Assembly: GCA_008369845.1 (NCBI GenBank) | Contig: MRSU01003398.1 | Span: 1-34,166 of the forward strand | Direction: 5' to 3' | DNA length: 34,166 bases | DNA from: Trichomonas gallinae | Taxonomy: Eukaryota | Shown here: positions 18,474 through 29,700 of the stretch, one piece after another | How the letters are laid out: each line of letters begins with the position of its first letter | Position numbering within the stretch: position 1 is the stretch's first letter | Translations under genes and position numbers: made by a program | The notes under the pieces: model-generated | What the model was told of the DNA's origin: nothing | The model's input: the letters and a program-made list of their open reading frames with translations, nothing else | The model's database searches: none

Positions 18474-21347
18474 TTAGAGTTTATCACTTGTGTAATGCTC
18501 AAGAAGAGGCTCTCTTGAGAACAAATTCTTGATAAAGTCGAAGTGGTTCTTGTTCCACATGTAGACGGCAACAACGATGATGCCGACGCACGCGATGAGA
18601 GTGCATGAGATGATCAAAGCAAGCTTGACGCCATTGTTGCGGCCACCATCGCAGTAGCTTCCACCCTGAGCTACAGAAAGTTCGAAGAACTTCTTGCCTT
18701 TGTATTTGCTGCTGACATAGACTTTGCTGAGTGATACGCAGCCGTTGAAAGCTTCACCACTTGGTTCTGTTGAGCCGCAGTATGAGAACTCGGAAAGCTT
18801 GGCGCAATTATCGAAAATGTGGGTTCCGAAAACCTTGACTTCACTCAATGCAACAGTTGTGAGTTGATCGTTATCGGCGAAAGCCTTGTCGCCAATTCTG
18901 GCAGCGTATGTGATTGAGACATTGCTCAAAGCAGTTTTGTGGAAAGCCAAGCTGCCGAATCTTGTGCATGTGTGGAATGGTTCGAAGGAGGAAAGCTGCA
19001 AGCAGTTCTCGAATGATCCTTCACCAACACTCTCGATGTAAACGGCTTCGATCTTCGTTAAGCTTACGCAGTTTGCGAACGCGTAGTCTTCTACGTCCAA
19101 AGCATTAGATGTGGTCTTGAAGGTAGTCAAAGATCTGCATCCATCGAATGCATGCTTGTCGACTTCTCCTTCAACTGCAATTGATGTGAGTGATGTGCAT
19201 CCGAAGAATGAGTACGCACCAGCATTTACTACAGAGCTGACAACAAGGGATGAGCATCCATAGAAGCAATATTGCGGGACATTCAACTTAGCATTTGTTT
19301 TAATGGAAGTGAGAGCTGTGCAGCCCTTGAACAAGCCTGGTGCTAACTTAATATTATCATTGAGCTCAACTTCCTTCAAACCAGTGCAGCCTGAAAATGC
19401 TTCATTGCCTAACTCGATCGCATTTGTGATTGTGGCGACATTGATTCCCTTGCAGTTTGCGAATGCGTTGTCTTCAATGGACTTCCTGACATTTCCGAAT
19501 TCGAAGCTCTTGAGTGGAGTATTCATGAAGGCGCCCTTGTAGATTGTTCCGATAGTGAGGAATGTGAATTCTGTTAACGCTGTGCAGTCGAGGAAAGCGT
19601 TTTCACCGATTCCATGGACTGGGCTTCGGAGGTTGAAAGCTGCCATTTTCTTGCAGCGCAAGAAAGCGTTGTTTCCAATGTAGTCAATAAACTTTGCAGA
19701 GAATTCAACGAGCTCACCGCAGTTGGCGAAGGCATAGGAGTCGATTGTTGAGCATTCGCCTTCGATTGTTATTCTCTGGATGTTTGTTTCGGCGAAAGCA
19801 TATGCACCGATTTGCGTGATTGAGCTGCACTTTAATTCCTTTAAGCTATTGGAGTGGTAGAATGCACGTACATCAATGTTGACGATTGTTGCTGCATGGA
19901 ATTCGGCTAAAAGTGGGCATTCAGCGAATGCATCTGCGCCGATGTAGTAGATCTGTCCATCACAGTTGAAAACCTTCAAGTTAGGGAGGTCTCTGAATGC
20001 GTTATCATTAATGGTTAAGATTGGGCCTTCGAAATCAACATTCCACAATTTCTTGTTTTTGACAAAAGCGTAATAGTCAATAAGCAAGTGGCCTTGTCCT
20101 GTGAAGTAGAATGTCTCTAAATTGACGGCATCTTCGAAAATTGATCTGTCGATTGTGCAATCTTTTGTTGTGTGCATCTTGAATGTTGTAAGCTTGCTGT
20201 CCTGGTCAAAAACATCCAAACCAAATGCAGCTCTCTCGGAATTGATGATCTGGAAGCTTTCTAAGTTGAATAAATTTTGGAAACACTTTGATTGAAAGAC
20301 TAAATTCTTGCCTTCAACGCCTAATGTAGTGAGAGTCTTACTACCATTGAGTGCGGAGACAGGGAATGTGAAATCTGAATTGCATTGAATGCGAAGCGTA
20401 TTTAAAGCTGGAATAGCATTCAATGAGAGGGATTCGAGTGTTATAATGTCTCCCTTGATGCTTAATGATGTTAATTTAGAAAGGCTGCTGAATGCATTCT
20501 TATTGATTGTGACTGATCTAACAATTAATTCGATTGACATCAAAGCGCTCAAATCTGCGAATGTTGACTGATTGACTATCAAATTACCACCTCCAAGGTT
20601 GAGAGAAATGATAGCATTGCAGTTCAAGAAAGCTCCTTCTTCGATAACCAAATCGAAATTCCTGTTTTCAATGTCTCCTTCATTAATGGCGAAGGAAGGA
20701 AGCTTTCCACAGTTAGCGAAGGCATTCTTCGATATGGTTTTTACTGCAATTGACTGTGGGAATGTGATTTCTCCGAGATTTGTGCAGCCACTGAAAGCGT
20801 TGGCTTCGATTGTAGTAAACGAATCAGCTTTGACAATGATCGATGCTATTTGTGTGCAATCTGTGAAGAAGTTTGTTGGGAAATTATCAATTTTTGAAAC
20901 TGGAGCTAGAACCGTAACTTTGTTGAGTTTTGGAATAGACTTGAATGGAGACTGCGTGAACGCTGTAGATAATAGAGGCAATTCCAAGGTTGTTAATTCT
21001 GACATTCCATCGAATGTGTTCTGCTGAATGCTAGATAGTAATTTAGGAAGCTTGAGTGTTGTGATAGTCGTTCCTGAGAAAACTGATGATCCTAATGTTA
21101 AGGCTGCTGTATAATCATCAGCGAAGTTGACATTTTTAACTGTAGTGAATCCAGAAAACGCGTTGTTATCTATTGTGCTAATGCCTTTTCCTATTGTGAT
21201 GGTTTCGAAATTTTTGGCTTTGTATTTTTCTGTATCTGCTGAAACAATTGCTCCATCACCATCGACTTTGAGTGTAGTGCCATCTTCTGAGTAAGTTGGC
21301 GCGGAAAATGACGAGCGTACAAATAAGAAGAAAGATAAAGAGATCAT
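18474..21347 (-). CDS. BspA-like surface antigen (TpLRR/LRR_5 leucine-rich repeats), type I membrane protein, 957 aa
   Basis: N-terminal signal-like peptide MISLSFFLFVRSSFS; many I-x3-AF-x2-C-x2-L repeats; TM helix LALIISCTLIACVGIIVVAVYMW; short cytosolic tail. Stop overlaps TAAA. Confidence 0.93.
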   Translation of the reverse strand: MISLSFFLFVRSSFSAPTYSEDGTTLKVDGDGAIVSADTEKYKAKNFETITIGKGISTIDNNAFSGFTTVKNVNFADDYTAALTLGSSVFSGTTITTLKLPKLLSSIQQNTFDGMSELTTLELPLLSTAFTQSPFKSIPKLNKVTVLAPVSKIDNFPTNFFTDCTQIASIIVKADSFTTIEANAFSGCTNLGEITFPQSIAVKTISKNAFANCGKLPSFAINEGDIENRNFDLVIEEGAFLNCNAIISLNLGGGNLIVNQSTFADLSALMSIELIVRSVTINKNAFSSLSKLTSLSIKGDIITLESLSLNAIPALNTLRIQCNSDFTFPVSALNGSKTLTTLGVEGKNLVFQSKCFQNLFNLESFQIINSERAAFGLDVFDQDSKLTTFKMHTTKDCTIDRSIFEDAVNLETFYFTGQGHLLIDYYAFVKNKKLWNVDFEGPILTINDNAFRDLPNLKVFNCDGQIYYIGADAFAECPLLAEFHAATIVNIDVRAFYHSNSLKELKCSSITQIGAYAFAETNIQRITIEGECSTIDSYAFANCGELVEFSAKFIDYIGNNAFLRCKKMAAFNLRSPVHGIGENAFLDCTALTEFTFLTIGTIYKGAFMNTPLKSFEFGNVRKSIEDNAFANCKGINVATITNAIELGNEAFSGCTGLKEVELNDNIKLAPGLFKGCTALTSIKTNAKLNVPQYCFYGCSSLVVSSVVNAGAYSFFGCTSLTSIAVEGEVDKHAFDGCRSLTTFKTTSNALDVEDYAFANCVSLTKIEAVYIESVGEGSFENCLQLSSFEPFHTCTRFGSLAFHKTALSNVSITYAARIGDKAFADNDQLTTVALSEVKVFGTHIFDNCAKLSEFSYCGSTEPSGEAFNGCVSLSKVYVSSKYKGKKFFELSVAQGGSYCDGGRNNGVKLALIISCTLIACVGIIVVAVYMWNKNHFDFIKNLFSREPLLEHYTSDKL

Positions 21348-21360
21348 AATGCTACAATGT

Positions 21361-21368
21361 AAAGTGAC
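21361..21368 (-). promoter_or_regulatory. GTCACTTT Inr-containing element upstream of the BspA-like gene
   Basis: On the minus strand GTCACTTT (TCACT at 21367-21363) ends 13 nt before the ATG at 21347; it is the same word repeated upstream of the exonuclease gene. Confidence 0.55.
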
Positions 21369-22104
21369 AAAAATCTAAACTTTGTAAACCAGGATTTAGA
21401 AATAATTGAGAGAGATTTATGAACCCACTCTATATGTTTTAGCGTGCTACAGACAGAATTAGAGAGTTTTTGAAAAATATGCCATTTTTTGAGGTTCTAA
21501 CACTTTACAAAAAGTAGTACCGGTACTACAGAATTTCCACTTTTTGACACGTAAACAACTACGGGTTTATGGAGAAAGACTATGATTTTTATAGCTAAAA
21601 GATGCCAACGATCATGTGGAAACATTATTGTAATTTTTGACAAATGACAGATTCTTTTCAATACACTTTTAAACCACTTTGTAACCATATAACGCTTACT
21701 GTTGGAATTTAGCAATCATACCTAAGTCATGCGGTTCATAGAATACTACCAACTACACCTGAGCTACAGCTTTTAACTAAATCTAAACATTGGCACTTTT
21801 TGATTTTTTTTGACAATCTCAGTTTTTCCCAAAGAGTGGATTGTTCACCAATACAATTTTGTCTCCATGGACATAATTAAGGATTTCCACATGTACATTG
21901 AGAGCCAAGACAAGGAGCATTGAGTCGAGGTCCTCACCGAAGAAACACAAGATCAAAATAAGATTAATACAGCTAAATATTCATATTTTTTTATTGGATT
22001 CACCCCCTGCAATAAATTAATTTTAAACGTTCATTTATTTTGGTAACATTGTATTATGTATCAGTGACTGTTGCTATTAAAGATTTTCTTCATATTTTTC
22101 ATAA

Positions 22105-22446
22105 ATGACTGATATAAGTTCGATTAAAGAGAAGCTCTCGAAGATCAGGGCAGAAAACAGGAATGTTAACTATGAGAACAATCTACTTGAGATCCAAATA
22201 GTTAAGATTGACTCGCAGATAGAAGCAACAAAAAAAAAATTGCAACCAGAAAAAGATAAAATCGGATACGAAAGTAAAGTTGAATCAGCTAGAATAGACA
22301 TATCTATTGAAGATGCAGCGGAAAAAAGAAATGAAGCCAAAAAAGCATTATTAGGAAAGATTCAACAAATACAAAATGAAAACTCTACATTAGAGAACGA
22401 AATTGCTATGTTAACATGCCAGTACAATAGGATAACAAGACTTTAA
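22105..22446 (+). CDS. Small hypothetical coiled-coil protein (113 aa)
   Basis: K/E/N/Q/I/L-rich heptad pattern; TCATA Inr-like elements at 22090 and 22099 just before the ATG; no overlap with other genes. Confidence 0.7.
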   Translation: MTDISSIKEKLSKIRAENRNVNYENNLLEIQIVKIDSQIEATKKKLQPEKDKIGYESKVESARIDISIEDAAEKRNEAKKALLGKIQQIQNENSTLENEIAMLTCQYNRITRL

Positions 22447-22713
22447 TACCTTACATAATTTTCCTTACAATAATCAAACAAAAAATTTTGCACACAGGAA
22501 TTGGCTTTTTTTTGATGACCATTATAATAGAGCATGAATAGATATATTTATAACATCAGCAATTATCAAACTTTTGTGCTATTTTTAATTTTCATTTATT
22601 ATTAATGAAAATCTTACTGAAAATCGTTGAGGGTATCGTTTTAATCATGTTGTTTGTTTAAAAATCACATTCATAAATACATATTTTAATATCAAACAAA
22701 AATATAAATAATA

Positions 22714-25700
22714 TTACCATGATTGAGGTTCTAATTCCCTTTTCATGCAAATAGCATCTGTTGTTTGTGTGTAGTTGAACGATTGGAGCTCATCAAACTG
22801 TTTCGTACTTGTGTTAAACTTCAAAAATTTGCCGACGTCTTTTGCGTGGATTATTCCTGGTCCAAGGCCATGAAATCTCACGCATTTCGTGCAATTATCA
22901 TCTAAAATATAAGATCCTTTGTATTTGAGGGTTATTGACGATAAAAGAAGAATGATTCTGTCTGACGGGAATCCAGATAAAGCTGCAATTAAATCATCTC
23001 TTTTGTGATCATTTCTCTCATTCGGCATCAGATTGAAAGTCAGTGCGAGTTTTATTACATTAATATTCGGCATTATTTGTGTGTTCCTTGGGTTATATGG
23101 CTTCTTCTCAACTCTCTGGTATTCAGAGAACTTGAAAGAATTGATTTCAACAGGTTTTGGCTCATCGCTGAATGATTTCCTTGGTTTTACGTCAAAAACA
23201 TCTTCAGAAGGTTCTATTTTAAGCATTCTTTCACTTGCGATTGCTGTCTGCGTTTCAATCGCAGTTGTTGGCGAAACGAACTGAATGTTTGCATCAACTT
23301 TTTCACTTATCGATTCAACTTGCATTTTTTGCGGTGATGTATCATCTAGTTTTTTTGATGTTTCTGATTTTTTTGAGGATTTATTTATCGATTTTGTGCT
23401 TGTTTCGCTGTAATTTGATTCTTCGCTTACAGATTTTTTAGAGTCATCATCTGATGAATGATTTTTCTTCTTTTTATGTTTTTTCTTTATTGGCTCCGGG
23501 TCTGACGAATTTTTAAGTTTGCGTTTTTTCGATTTTGTTTTGTTGTCATCACTTGAGTCAGAATGATAAACTTCAGATGTTTGAATTGCTTTTGTTGTTT
23601 TTGCGTTTCCATCTTTGAAGAGATTTGATGATATTTCAAGTAACATGCGAGGAATTGAGTCATCTCTAGATACGATTCTCTTAAGTAGAGCTAAAAGAGA
23701 ATTTTCAACATTCTTTATCTTGTCAGGATCTGTGTATTTTCCGTATTGATTTTTAACTGCTCTTCTAAGAGATTCTTGTGTTTGCATGCTTGGAGGAAGA
23801 GTGTAAAACTGTCTGAGTGCATCTGCCATTGCTGCTGTATCATCTTCATCTAAATCACATGCAATCAAAGAAAACTCGTCAGTATCTTTATTTCTCGGTC
23901 TCAAAGATGGCGATGATCTGCTTAATGAGCGTTTTTGCTCAGTGTTTTCTTGAGTGATATGACTCTGCGGTGGATAAGGATATGGATAAGGGTAAGGGAA
24001 TGGATATGGAGTAACAAATTGTGGTGGATATGGTGACGCAAACATTGGATAATTTGGAATTGGCGGGCCTGGATAAAATCCAGTGAATGGCTGAGGTGGA
24101 ATTGGTTGAGACAAAGTTGGTTGTGTGAATGCCATCGGATTAAATGATGGCTGTGATTGTGCTCGTGTTGGCTGATTTTCTGGTTCTGCTTGCTGAGATT
24201 TTTTGAGTTGTTCGGATGCCTGAGAGATTTTAAGTCTTGTTGCTTCGAGGGCAAGTTTTTGCGCGGCTCTAGCAATGTCTTTAGCTTCTGATTTGAAGCT
24301 TTGTGACTTTAGTTTGCTTCCTGAGCTTTCTTCGTTCGTTAGAATAGAATTTAACAAACTTTTATCTGATCTTGATTTTTCACTTTTGCTGAACTCTTCT
24401 GATTTCATTGTATCACTTGTGCTTGAATCGATTTGCGAGTAATGATTTGCTGAACTCATATGAGAAGGTTTTCTATGTTTGTGGCGCGTTTTGGATTGAC
24501 TTGAAGTCTTTTTATCAGATGTTTTGTTCTCAGAAACAATGCTGTTGAGTAGTTCATCATTTTCTTTCGTGCTGATCTTTCTGATGAATCCATCATCATT
24601 CGTTTTTGCAGAAACTTGGCTTGAGACTGATATTGGAGCATGTTTATACGGCTCAGAGTTGAACTCATTCTTTTTAAGCTCATATTTCATCTTTTCTTGT
24701 TTATCTGATATAACAATAACCTGATTTAATGAAGATGAATCCTCTTTTTCATTTGCTTTTGATTTTGAAGATTTATTCGATTTTGAACTCGATGACAGCG
24801 TTTTTTGCGTTGAATGGTTAGAAGATGACTCATGTAAGGATTCTTCATTTAGCTTTGTAATAGCTAAGTTCTCTGTACTTGTTTTACTTGAACTCGAAGA
24901 ATTTGTCGAAAACGAAAGTTTTGCTGAGTTTATTTCTTGTTTTTCTTTGGAATCATCTATATTTGCATTTTCTTTATGATCTAATGATTCTTTAGTTGCT
25001 TTTTCTTTATTATTATCAGATTCTTGCTTTTGAATTTCTTTATGATCAGATGAATTTAGAGCAGATTCTTTCTTTGATTTTCTCGAATTATCCGATGAAT
25101 TATTGACATTTTCTTTATGTTCCAATGAATGATTTATTGTATCTTCTTTCTTTGACTTTTCATAATTATCTGATGTGTTAGTGAAATTTTCTTTGTTTTG
25201 TGAATCATTTTTATTTTCTTCTTTTTGTTTATCTTCAGCATTTTCGCGTTCTTTTGGAATTTCTTCATTTTTATCATTTTTGGCTTCATCCTTGTTCACT
25301 TCTTTGTTTTGTTTTTGAGGTTGTTTATTTTCTTTCTTTTTTGGTTTTGGTTTTTCTTCAGGCTTGACTGGCGGGGAGTAAGGAATGACTCTTTTTGGGA
25401 GCTGCTGCACAACAGGCTTTGGCTGTTCTTGACTGACTGGCATTGGCAATAATTCAATTGGCTTCGGTTGGTCTAATTTCACGAATTTTTTGGCTGCAGG
25501 ACGGGTTGCAGAAAAAATGTCAGCAATGAAAACATAAAGAAGCTGCTGGCTGATTTTCTTTCTAGGAGGAACAAATAACGACAAGTTATTTGCAACTTTC
25601 ATTATAAAGTCCCAGTTTTTCGAAATTTGTTCTTCATTCAAATTATCTCCAACGCAAATTTCTTTTTGACTGATCAGAGCAGGGAAAACACGTGCCAGAA

Positions 25701-26307
25701 CAGATGCTATATGCTGCCCTGTAAGTAAATCAGTCGAAAGAGACTTGCACTCAGGTAAATTTTGCATTGTTGGGAATTTTGACATCCACATTTGGACGGC
25801 ATCTTCAAGCATTGTTGGTCGTTGTTCTAGAATGTAAAATGATCTTGGGAGACGTTGCAGATCTTTGCAAATATCATCAATTGTAAGAGATTTATCGACA
25901 ATTAGCCATTCTAGAATTAGACACAGCGAAGCATGATGTTTAAGATTTCCAATTGCTAATTCGGCAGGTGTGCATTCATTTGATGGCTTATAGCCCATTT
26001 TTTCGAGATTTTCCAAAATTGAAGAAAACGTTTTTTCTGCGCTGGACGTATCTATTGATTCTGGTGACAGTGCTGAGAATAATATTGCGTATGGGATGCC
26101 TGAATTTAAATCAGATTGACAAATTTCGTTATTTTGATATTTTTCATGTGAAAACTCGCGCAAAGGTTGACAAAATTCAAGAGAAAGTAACGGAATTCTT
26201 GTTTCTTCATTCCCATAGCTATCTATTCTCTTAATAACAGTTTTAAGCCACTGAAAATGAATTTCAAATTCGTCCGTTTCTCCCTCAATCATTTTAAATT
26301 TTGACAT
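22714..26307 (-). CDS. CAMSAP/Patronin-family microtubule minus-end binding protein (N-terminal CH domain, C-terminal CKK domain), 1197 aa
   Basis: CH region LEDAVQMW..LPECKSLSTDLLTG..IASVLARVFP..EIC..NWDFI (about aa 167-265). CKK domain NINVIKLAL..N..IILL..YKGSY..GLGP..I..FLKFNTSTKQF..DAI (about aa 1081-1188). Long low-complexity linker between them. Confidence 0.88.
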   Translation of the reverse strand: MSKFKMIEGETDEFEIHFQWLKTVIKRIDSYGNEETRIPLLSLEFCQPLREFSHEKYQNNEICQSDLNSGIPYAILFSALSPESIDTSSAEKTFSSILENLEKMGYKPSNECTPAELAIGNLKHHASLCLILEWLIVDKSLTIDDICKDLQRLPRSFYILEQRPTMLEDAVQMWMSKFPTMQNLPECKSLSTDLLTGQHIASVLARVFPALISQKEICVGDNLNEEQISKNWDFIMKVANNLSLFVPPRKKISQQLLYVFIADIFSATRPAAKKFVKLDQPKPIELLPMPVSQEQPKPVVQQLPKRVIPYSPPVKPEEKPKPKKKENKQPQKQNKEVNKDEAKNDKNEEIPKERENAEDKQKEENKNDSQNKENFTNTSDNYEKSKKEDTINHSLEHKENVNNSSDNSRKSKKESALNSSDHKEIQKQESDNNKEKATKESLDHKENANIDDSKEKQEINSAKLSFSTNSSSSSKTSTENLAITKLNEESLHESSSNHSTQKTLSSSSKSNKSSKSKANEKEDSSSLNQVIVISDKQEKMKYELKKNEFNSEPYKHAPISVSSQVSAKTNDDGFIRKISTKENDELLNSIVSENKTSDKKTSSQSKTRHKHRKPSHMSSANHYSQIDSSTSDTMKSEEFSKSEKSRSDKSLLNSILTNEESSGSKLKSQSFKSEAKDIARAAQKLALEATRLKISQASEQLKKSQQAEPENQPTRAQSQPSFNPMAFTQPTLSQPIPPQPFTGFYPGPPIPNYPMFASPYPPQFVTPYPFPYPYPYPYPPQSHITQENTEQKRSLSRSSPSLRPRNKDTDEFSLIACDLDEDDTAAMADALRQFYTLPPSMQTQESLRRAVKNQYGKYTDPDKIKNVENSLLALLKRIVSRDDSIPRMLLEISSNLFKDGNAKTTKAIQTSEVYHSDSSDDNKTKSKKRKLKNSSDPEPIKKKHKKKKNHSSDDDSKKSVSEESNYSETSTKSINKSSKKSETSKKLDDTSPQKMQVESISEKVDANIQFVSPTTAIETQTAIASERMLKIEPSEDVFDVKPRKSFSDEPKPVEINSFKFSEYQRVEKKPYNPRNTQIMPNINVIKLALTFNLMPNERNDHKRDDLIAALSGFPSDRIILLLSSITLKYKGSYILDDNCTKCVRFHGLGPGIIHAKDVGKFLKFNTSTKQFDELQSFNYTQTTDAICMKRELEPQSW
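24945..25194 (-). repeat. Degenerate in-frame tandem repeat (~22-26 aa units, about 3.5 copies) in the CAMSAP linker
   Basis: KENFTNTSDNYEKSKKEDTINHSLEH / KENVNNSSDNSRKSKKESALNSSDH / KEIQKQESDNNKEKATKESLDH / KENANIDDSKEK. Confidence 0.65.
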
Positions 26308-26737
26308 CTGTCACGTAAATATCTTATTGCCAAATAAAATATTTACAAAGCAAATTTTCAAAAATTACAACTTATCATTGGTTTATATTATTCATCACAA
26401 TAGATTAAATTTTCTCATTTATAACATATTAGAAAAGTAAATCAAATGATAAAAATGATAAGATTCCATTATTTAATGCTGCAACTTTTTGCATTGTTAA
26501 TATCATTGCAAAGCTGATTGCACTCCCTCAGATTCTTATATTTTAGAATCTTGAATTTATCAATAAATAGGTACAACAATGTATGTGCATTTATTATTTG
26601 TTTAAGTTTTGCAGATGTAGAAAAATAGATAAGAAGTTGTTAGATATGATGAAATGTGGTAGTTGGATAAAAGAAGTTAATGAAAATATTAATAATTTAT
26701 CAAACAAAAAACAAATAACACATGTATAATAATATAA

Positions 26738-29700
26738 TTACTTCGTTGAGAGCTGTTTTCCTGTAATGACAGGGAAAACTTTATCTTTGTTGAATGTATT
26801 GGCGGGAACAACGACTTTTCCATGCCTTGCTGCGACAAGCATTGAACGGATGACTTCTGGTGGATACTTATCCTGGTTCTCTCCGATCGCGCGAAGCCTG
26901 TCTGCATAAGAAGGCTCTTTCTGGAATCTTTCGTCCAAATCAGGTCTTGGCCTAGGAACATCGAGTTTAAGAGCTGCGTCGATATCCTTCGTAGAAATCT
27001 GAATATATTCTTTCTTGGCTTGTGTTGCATTAACCTTCGATGATGGTTTCGGCTTCGGCATCATCTGCATAACAACAGTCTCCGGTAATGACAGCTCGTT
27101 TTCTCTTGCGAGAAGAGCGACATCCTGAAGAATACGCATGTTTTGCTTCTCTTGTCTTTCGAGGAATTCACGACGCTTCTGTTCGACCTGCATCTGGCGC
27201 TGCATGTCCCTCTGAAGAAGAGTATCAAATCTGGCTGTTGTCTTATCATGTGATCGTTCGAATCTGTGCTTAGAAATGATTGAAGCATATTTGATTCGAC
27301 CACGAGATGAGATGATTTCGTTAATGAGCGATTCTCCTTCCTTAGAATTAAGAGCTTGAATCTGCTTCATTGCGATGAATCTTTCAATGATGCTACGGAG
27401 TCTGGCTATTTCGCGTTTCTGCTCGCGAATGACTTCATCTCTTGTAGCGACAGACTTTCTGACGAAGTCTGCATCTTCCTTGGATGTGTTGTATCTCATT
27501 GACTGGAACTTGAGTTCACGCTTCAATCTGTTGATTTCAGCCTTCATCAACAGGATCTCTTTCTGGTCCTGTGCGCGTCTGAATCCGAGCTTGATGAGCT
27601 CACGACCTCTGTTTTCTAAAATCTGCTGCATGTTGTCCATCTTCGACTGGTAAAGCTTAACAATTCTTGATGCCTCTGATTTAGGCTCAAGCTTGATCTC
27701 TTCGATGATCTTCTTTTGAGTGGCAACATCTTGGTTAACAAGCTGATCCTGGAGCTTGATAATTTCAGCGCGAAGAGAGTTGATGATTTCTTGAGAATCG
27801 CCAAGCTTGGAAGTGAAATCAGCAACTTGCTTGTTCAAGTCATCACGGATTCCTTCGAGAACTAAAACTTTCTTCCGTAAGATTTCGTCTTCTTTGATAA
27901 GTTCTTCTAATCTGATTCCTGCCATCATCTTATCAGCTTGGTTATCCGCAGACTGCTGGAAAAGCTTGTTGAATGTCTCTTCTTGTTGTTTAATTACTCC
28001 TTCCAATCTCAAGTTTTCCTGCTCGAGCTTCGAGTTCTGCTCGATTTTTCTCTGCAGCTCCTCCAAATGTTGGCGCTCTTTGATCTGTAGTTCTTGAAGC
28101 TGTGCTGTAACTTCTTTCTCTTGTTCAGATGCATTGTTGTCTGCTTGTGACTTAGGTTGTATCTTCTGTAGAAGTTTGTTATATTCTTGCGCGTTCTTGT
28201 ATAAATCAGCGAGCTTTTGATATTCTATTCTACTCTTTTCGCGCTCAACCAGTCTGTCTCTGTCCATTTGTATTCTCTCCTTCCTCAGCTCGTCATTAGC
28301 CTTTGTGAGCTCGTCAAGCTTCTCTGTGAGGTCATGTATCAGTTCTTCGTTGAGGCTCTTTTGTATGTCTTTGCTCATCTTGTCGCGGATTTTGCCGATG
28401 AGGTCTTTGATAGTGAACCACTGAGGCTGACCTCCATTCATTAACTTCTTAAGTTGCTCAACTTCTGGTGTTGCTCCAGCTGAAGCTACAGATCCATCAT
28501 TCTTGATTTGGTCAGTCATCGATCTGATGTATGTTGCCGCATCTTGGTAGTTACTGAATAATGTGTTTTCACCGCTACGGTTTTCAAGGAGTGAGTTAAG
28601 CTCTTTCTCAACTTGCTGAACTTTGACAAATGCAGAACTTGCTGACGAGAACTGCTTCAAGTTTACAATTTCACGTCTGAGTTTGTTAATTAACTCATTT
28701 TGCCTATTTATCTCGTCCAATGCTTTAGTGTAAAGGTTCGCTATGTCATTTTTAGCTGGAGCTTGTGGAGTCTTACCAATTCCAGCGGCAATATCTTTAA
28801 CCTTCTTGACGAGCTTGACTTGTTCTGTTGGCGTAGCTCCTGTTGGGCCGATTTTGTTGGAGAAGTCTTCGATTGTATCATTGAGATTCTTAGCTGCCTC
28901 AAGGCTGTTAGTTTTGCTCTGTTCATATGCATCAAATGCATCTTGTGACATCATCTTTGCATCATTTAAGATTAGCAAGACATCTGATGATGTTGTTAGA
29001 TTGGATCTCGTTTTAGTATTAGATCCAGTCAGTTGAATGACATCAGTATTGTTTCCATCTTCTTGGACAGTTTGAAGTGTATCATTGATGTCGGAAACAA
29101 CAGCTGACATCTGCTGAGGAGTCTTTGCGTTCTGAAGTTCTTCGATCTTCTTCTTGAGCATGTCAATTTCTTGTGCTTGCTTTCTGAGAGCCTGCTCATC
29201 TGCAGGATTGCGCTGTAACGAAACAACTCTCTTGTTAGGCTTTGGAGCTTCTGCAGAGATGAACATTGACTCAGTTTGATTAATGCCAAGATTCAATGGT
29301 TTCAAGTTCTTATCATATGTCCACTGAATTCCTTCACTTAATGTTGGAATGACTTCATTCCTAGATATTTCAATGACAGGATTGATTTCTAATGTTTGAG
29401 ACTTCTTCTCTGGTTCGCTCTCAGCTATGCTAAGAGTTGTTGACATTTCAAGCTTCCTAGACGATGAAGCAATAGAAACTGCTTCAGCATCAGCTTTTCT
29501 TTCTTGTTCTTCTGGAGTCTTAAGGGCTTCGATTTCAACATCATTTGTCTGCATCGTGGTCAAAGTGATCTTTTGTTTATGCAGTTGTTCAAGTTCGGTG
29601 ACTCTTTCTTTGAGTTGTGAAATCAAATTATCTTTCTCGACATCCAACTGAATTCCGAGCTTGTTCATCATCTGCTCCTTCTTCTCTTCATCTGGTTCTT

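Noticed and set aside
21514..21529. Perfect 16-bp palindrome GTAGTACCGGTACTAC
   Set aside because: Roughly 0.5-1 such palindrome is expected by chance in 34 kb, and it is a single copy with no supporting context.
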